A DNA stretch of 64,000 nucleotides from Cirrosporium novae-zelandiae (taxonomy: Eukaryota), in NCBI GenBank assembly GCA_026023565.1, contig JAPETS010000006.1, positions 496,001-560,000 of the forward strand, read 5' to 3'. The notes beneath the pieces were generated by a model. That model worked only from the letters and a program-made list of their open reading frames with translations, was not told the origin of the DNA and made no database searches. The stretch's first letter is position 1. Every line of letters begins with the position of its first letter. The translations under genes were made by a program, and so were the position numbers. Positions 60,600 to 64,000 of this stretch are shown here, in pieces.

Positions 60600-62110
60600 G
60601 GGACCCATGGAGGCATCCTTCCATCCTTTCCTTGTTTATTTTCTTTCTTTCTTTGCGCCAATCACGAAATACTTTATTTCCTTCTTTTAAGATTGGTAAG
60701 GTCAGGTGGGGTTGGTTCGCTGGTTGATTGGTAATAAGTTCTATCTTCTAATGTATATGTACACTGAACGAACGAACAAATGGGCGTTTTCGGTTGGCTG
60801 GTTGGTTGGATGGAGCTCTCTCCCTAGACCGGAGCTAGGGGGTATATGAAAAACGAGAAATGTGAAATGAGAAAGGAGAGGGAAAGGGGAGAAACGAAAC
60901 GAACTTTCTTAGGATACCTTTTTACCTTTTACTTTTTACATATTTTATATATGTATGACATTGTGGATACCTTAGGCTAAGTTAGGCGTCGATGGGAGGT
61001 GGAGGGGGAATAGGGAGTAGTATGATGATACCGATGTTTTTGGTTTTTATTGTTTTTTTGATAATTGAATTGAACCAGGTTGGATTGACTCACCTGCGTA
61101 GTACCTACATTGATATATACACGAGAATATCTAGACTAATACCTACCTACCCACAACTACCCAGGCACGCCAGGCACTATACCTACGATACAACACAATA
61201 CGATAACTCCTCCACACCCATACATACATACATCCATAACCAAACCCCCAAGAAACAATAATACCCCGAACACCGAAACCACCGAAAACAATAAATTTAA
61301 ATTTAAAACAAGCCATCCATCTATTCAATCTATTCAATCTATTTATTGAATGGATGAAGGGATGGATGGATGGATAATAAGAGCGCAGATTAGATGTTTA
61401 ATTAATTGATTATCTTTGATGATCGTGGTGGGTAGGTAGCACACTCACTCACTCACTATGCCCGTTTCACTTCATTTCATTTTCGTTGATACCCATCCTA
61501 TCTATCTATCCATCATAATTACCTACGATCCTAATTACCTACCTAGGCACCTACTAGGATAAAGCAAGGTAAGGTAAGGGTAGACCTTTTTCAACCCTCT
61601 CCCCCTCCATCAGCCTACATTTAGAACAAGTACTAAGTACGAAGTAATATGAAGAAGTCGAAGAAGAGAAGGCCAAAAAGGCCAAATCCCCCTTTCTTGA
61701 ATATTTAAGATGTTTTTTTCATTCTCATCAAAAAAGCTACCAAAGGTGTCTTCCCTTCTGGGCAGGGGCACACATACGTTAAAATATTCTTTGTCATTTG
61801 AAAAAACTTTCCGTTCACGAAGAAGATTAATTGTCCACGCTTCATTTCACCCATCCACATCATTTCGAGAGAAAAAAAAGGAAAAACGTTTCAAGAAAAA
61901 AAAAGAGAGGAAAAAAAAAAAGAAAGGATTGGTATTCGAAGTGTTTTTTTCGAGTGAGAAGAAAGAGAAGAAAAAAGTCCTTGATGCCCGTATTGCACGT
62001 TTTTGCTTTGCTTGGCCTGAAATTGGATATGGATTTCTCATGATTTCCTCCAAAAGACGCGTTCGCCAGTACATACAAGGCCATGAAACAGAAAAAAAAA
62101 AACAACCCAT
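60600..62110. repeat. low-complexity and microsatellite-rich region between convergent genes
   Basis: (TTGG)n, (CATA)n, (TGGA)n, (CACT)n, (GTAAG)n and long A/T runs. Confidence 0.7.
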
Positions 62111-62594
62111 CATCATCTCGTATAATTCGACATGAACACATATGGATTCATCTTGGCGACCGTTAGATTTTCAATAAAAGTTGAACTTTGTCGTTGAAGA
62201 GAATACATGAATGGAAAAAAGGTTTCCGGTCATTGTCGCTCTCTCTGTCGTGGAATAGCCGAAAGCCTTGAGAGGCTCTAGCATGGTTACCCTGTTGGAG
62301 GACAAGGGACCGAATTGAGTAGAAAATGATTAACCACCACATCATCATCATCGTAGAAGAGAACTATCGTGAGAAGGAAAAGGAAAATTGAATGAGTGCG
62401 ACATCAATTCATCATCATTCGTCATATCGGCGCTGTCGTAAACTCCCAGGCAAAAGCAACTCGGGAGAATTATGGCTGAAGAAACATTAACAGTGGCTGA
62501 TGGGGCGTTGGTAAATGATGTTCATCGAGTCTGTATAAACAAGACGTGAATCGGGTGGATGACCCGACCAGGAATAAGACGTAATGTCATCAAG

Positions 62595-64000
62595 CTATTT
62601 TTGCATCTCATTTGGAGGAATTCCAAATGTAGAGCTTAAGCTGTCGTTGCAAGAGATACTGTTGTGAAGTACCTCATCAATGGAAGAAGGTCCAGGAAAT
62701 GGGCCTGGCATTTGGAAGCGAGCAGATCTGCGAATAGTCGAGAACTTGCGAGTGTCCGCTGGTAAGGGAGGAGACGGTGGTGCATCCATAAAAGCATCTG
62801 ATACGGTTCTACGGCTAGAAGGACCGGAGTGAATGCTAGTATTTCCAATGAGCCTGAAAGGAGAACCGAGTCTCTTTGGGTTGTCGAGTGAAGATCGAAG
62901 TCCTGAATCGGCAGGTACCGCTGGTCCTGGAGGAGTGATTTCACGATGCCCTTGCTGGATTGGCTTGTCATATGTAAGAGCCTCGCTGAAGATATTAGAC
63001 GTTTGTCGAAGACGATCAACATTGTTCAAGCTAAAGCCACGGCTTCTAACGCGACGATGGCTACTCTTTCCAAAATTGATGTCAACCGGGAAAGCTCCAT
63101 GCTGAGGAGATCCGATTGCGGACCCTCCAGGACTAAGTTCCTCTTCCAATTGATGCTGAGCACGACGTTTCAGAAGACCGGTAAGTGGCTGCAGATGAGG
63201 AGGTGAAAAGCGAGCTGCATTTTGCGAGCTGAGATCAATGATTTGGTCGACAGGAGTAGTTGGCCTGGAGATTCCACCTCGAACATGTCCACGTGGGCTC
63301 CATGTATGATATTGAAAAGGTGAGCCCAGTCGCGCGGCTTGGCTGCGAGCATCGTCGATGTCTAGATCGGTCTGAGAAGATTGTGATTTGTACAGAGGTC
63401 GTGTTTTCTTCACAGGGCAATTGAACCACTGATCGTCACGTTGGGCATACCAAGAATCTGCACCTCCTGGAGCTTGTTGGGCAAGAGGATTGTCATGTTG
63501 CATGAAAGGCATTGTTTCTGCAGCCAAGGAGACTCGCATGCTGCGCGTAGAAAACCCATCATTTTGATGGACCAGGTCAGTTGGGTGTGTCGACGCTGCG
63601 CGAAGACCCCTCGAGAAACTGAACGGGGACGGGCTGCGTGATCGAAGTAGACGCTGGTAATGAGTAGGAATGGTAGGTCTCTGTTTGCACAATTCTCGGA
63701 ACCTCCTCCTGGTTGCTGCATCCGATCTTGGCCAAGTCTTCTGATTGGCTACTCTAGAAGCCCTGGGGGTGCTTTCATCGCTAGCATGGAGACTGGGATC
63801 TGAAATTTGGGACGTAATAGCTTCATGAGATTCATTGTGAGCATCATCAATTGGAGTCACGGCACGGTTGAACTTAGCATGACTTAAGCGACCTCTGCCA
63901 GAGGACTTCCTTGCCTTTGGCCAAGTGCGTTTCGCTTCGCGTGCGACTCGGTATAGAACGCCAATTGGCGGTGTAGATCCCGGAGCGACTTTGAATGGGG
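62595..64000 (-). CDS. hypothetical Ser/Pro/Arg-rich disordered protein, 5' end beyond the right edge
   Basis: The frame of the 421-aa ORF stays open to position 64000 (>460 codons). No recognisable domain; many SP/TP and RxxS sites. Confidence 0.65.
   Translation of the reverse strand, partial: PFKVAPGSTPPIGVLYRVAREAKRTWPKARKSSGRGRLSHAKFNRAVTPIDDAHNESHEAITSQISDPSLHASDESTPRASRVANQKTWPRSDAATRRRFRELCKQRPTIPTHYQRLLRSRSPSPFSFSRGLRAASTHPTDLVHQNDGFSTRSMRVSLAAETMPFMQHDNPLAQQAPGGADSWYAQRDDQWFNCPVKKTRPLYKSQSSQTDLDIDDARSQAARLGSPFQYHTWSPRGHVRGGISRPTTPVDQIIDLSSQNAARFSPPHLQPLTGLLKRRAQHQLEEELSPGGSAIGSPQHGAFPVDINFGKSSHRRVRSRGFSLNNVDRLRQTSNIFSEALTYDKPIQQGHREITPPGPAVPADSGLRSSLDNPKRLGSPFRLIGNTSIHSGPSSRRTVSDAFMDAPPSPPLPADTRKFSTIRRSARFQMPGPFPGPSSIDEVLHNSISCNDSLSSTFGIPPNEMQK

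Noticed and set aside
61710..62141. Lys/Phe-rich ORFs
   Set aside because: Translations of poly-A/T runs in a probable 3' UTR.

Overview
Eukaryotic, intron-rich genomic DNA from a filamentous ascomycete (Pezizomycotina-type genes and GT..CTRAC..YAG introns). The conserved genes are NTE1, SGS1/RecQ, KEL3, an AZUL-HECT E3 ligase, REI1, BUB1 (MadBub), a GT8 glycosyltransferase, a histidine phosphatase and an epoxide hydrolase. There are two intact tRNAs (Ser-AGA and intron-containing Lys-TTT). Accessory genes include an F-box gene, a DUF6536-type membrane protein, a Zn2Cys6/RTA1 divergent pair, two secreted or GPI cell-wall proteins and a RING-H2 protein. The most unusual items are: (1) a tandem triplet of small, diverged C4 zinc-finger genes (Stc1-like half-domain) at 3.2-6.3 kb, two apparently decaying; (2) an intact five-exon kinase-fold gene lacking every catalytic motif; (3) a Zn2Cys6 factor whose sixth Cys is Tyr; (4) a decayed tRNA between the two intact ones; (5) three probable solo-LTR relics. 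Exon boundaries were inferred by eye, and family names come from motif recognition, not database searches.
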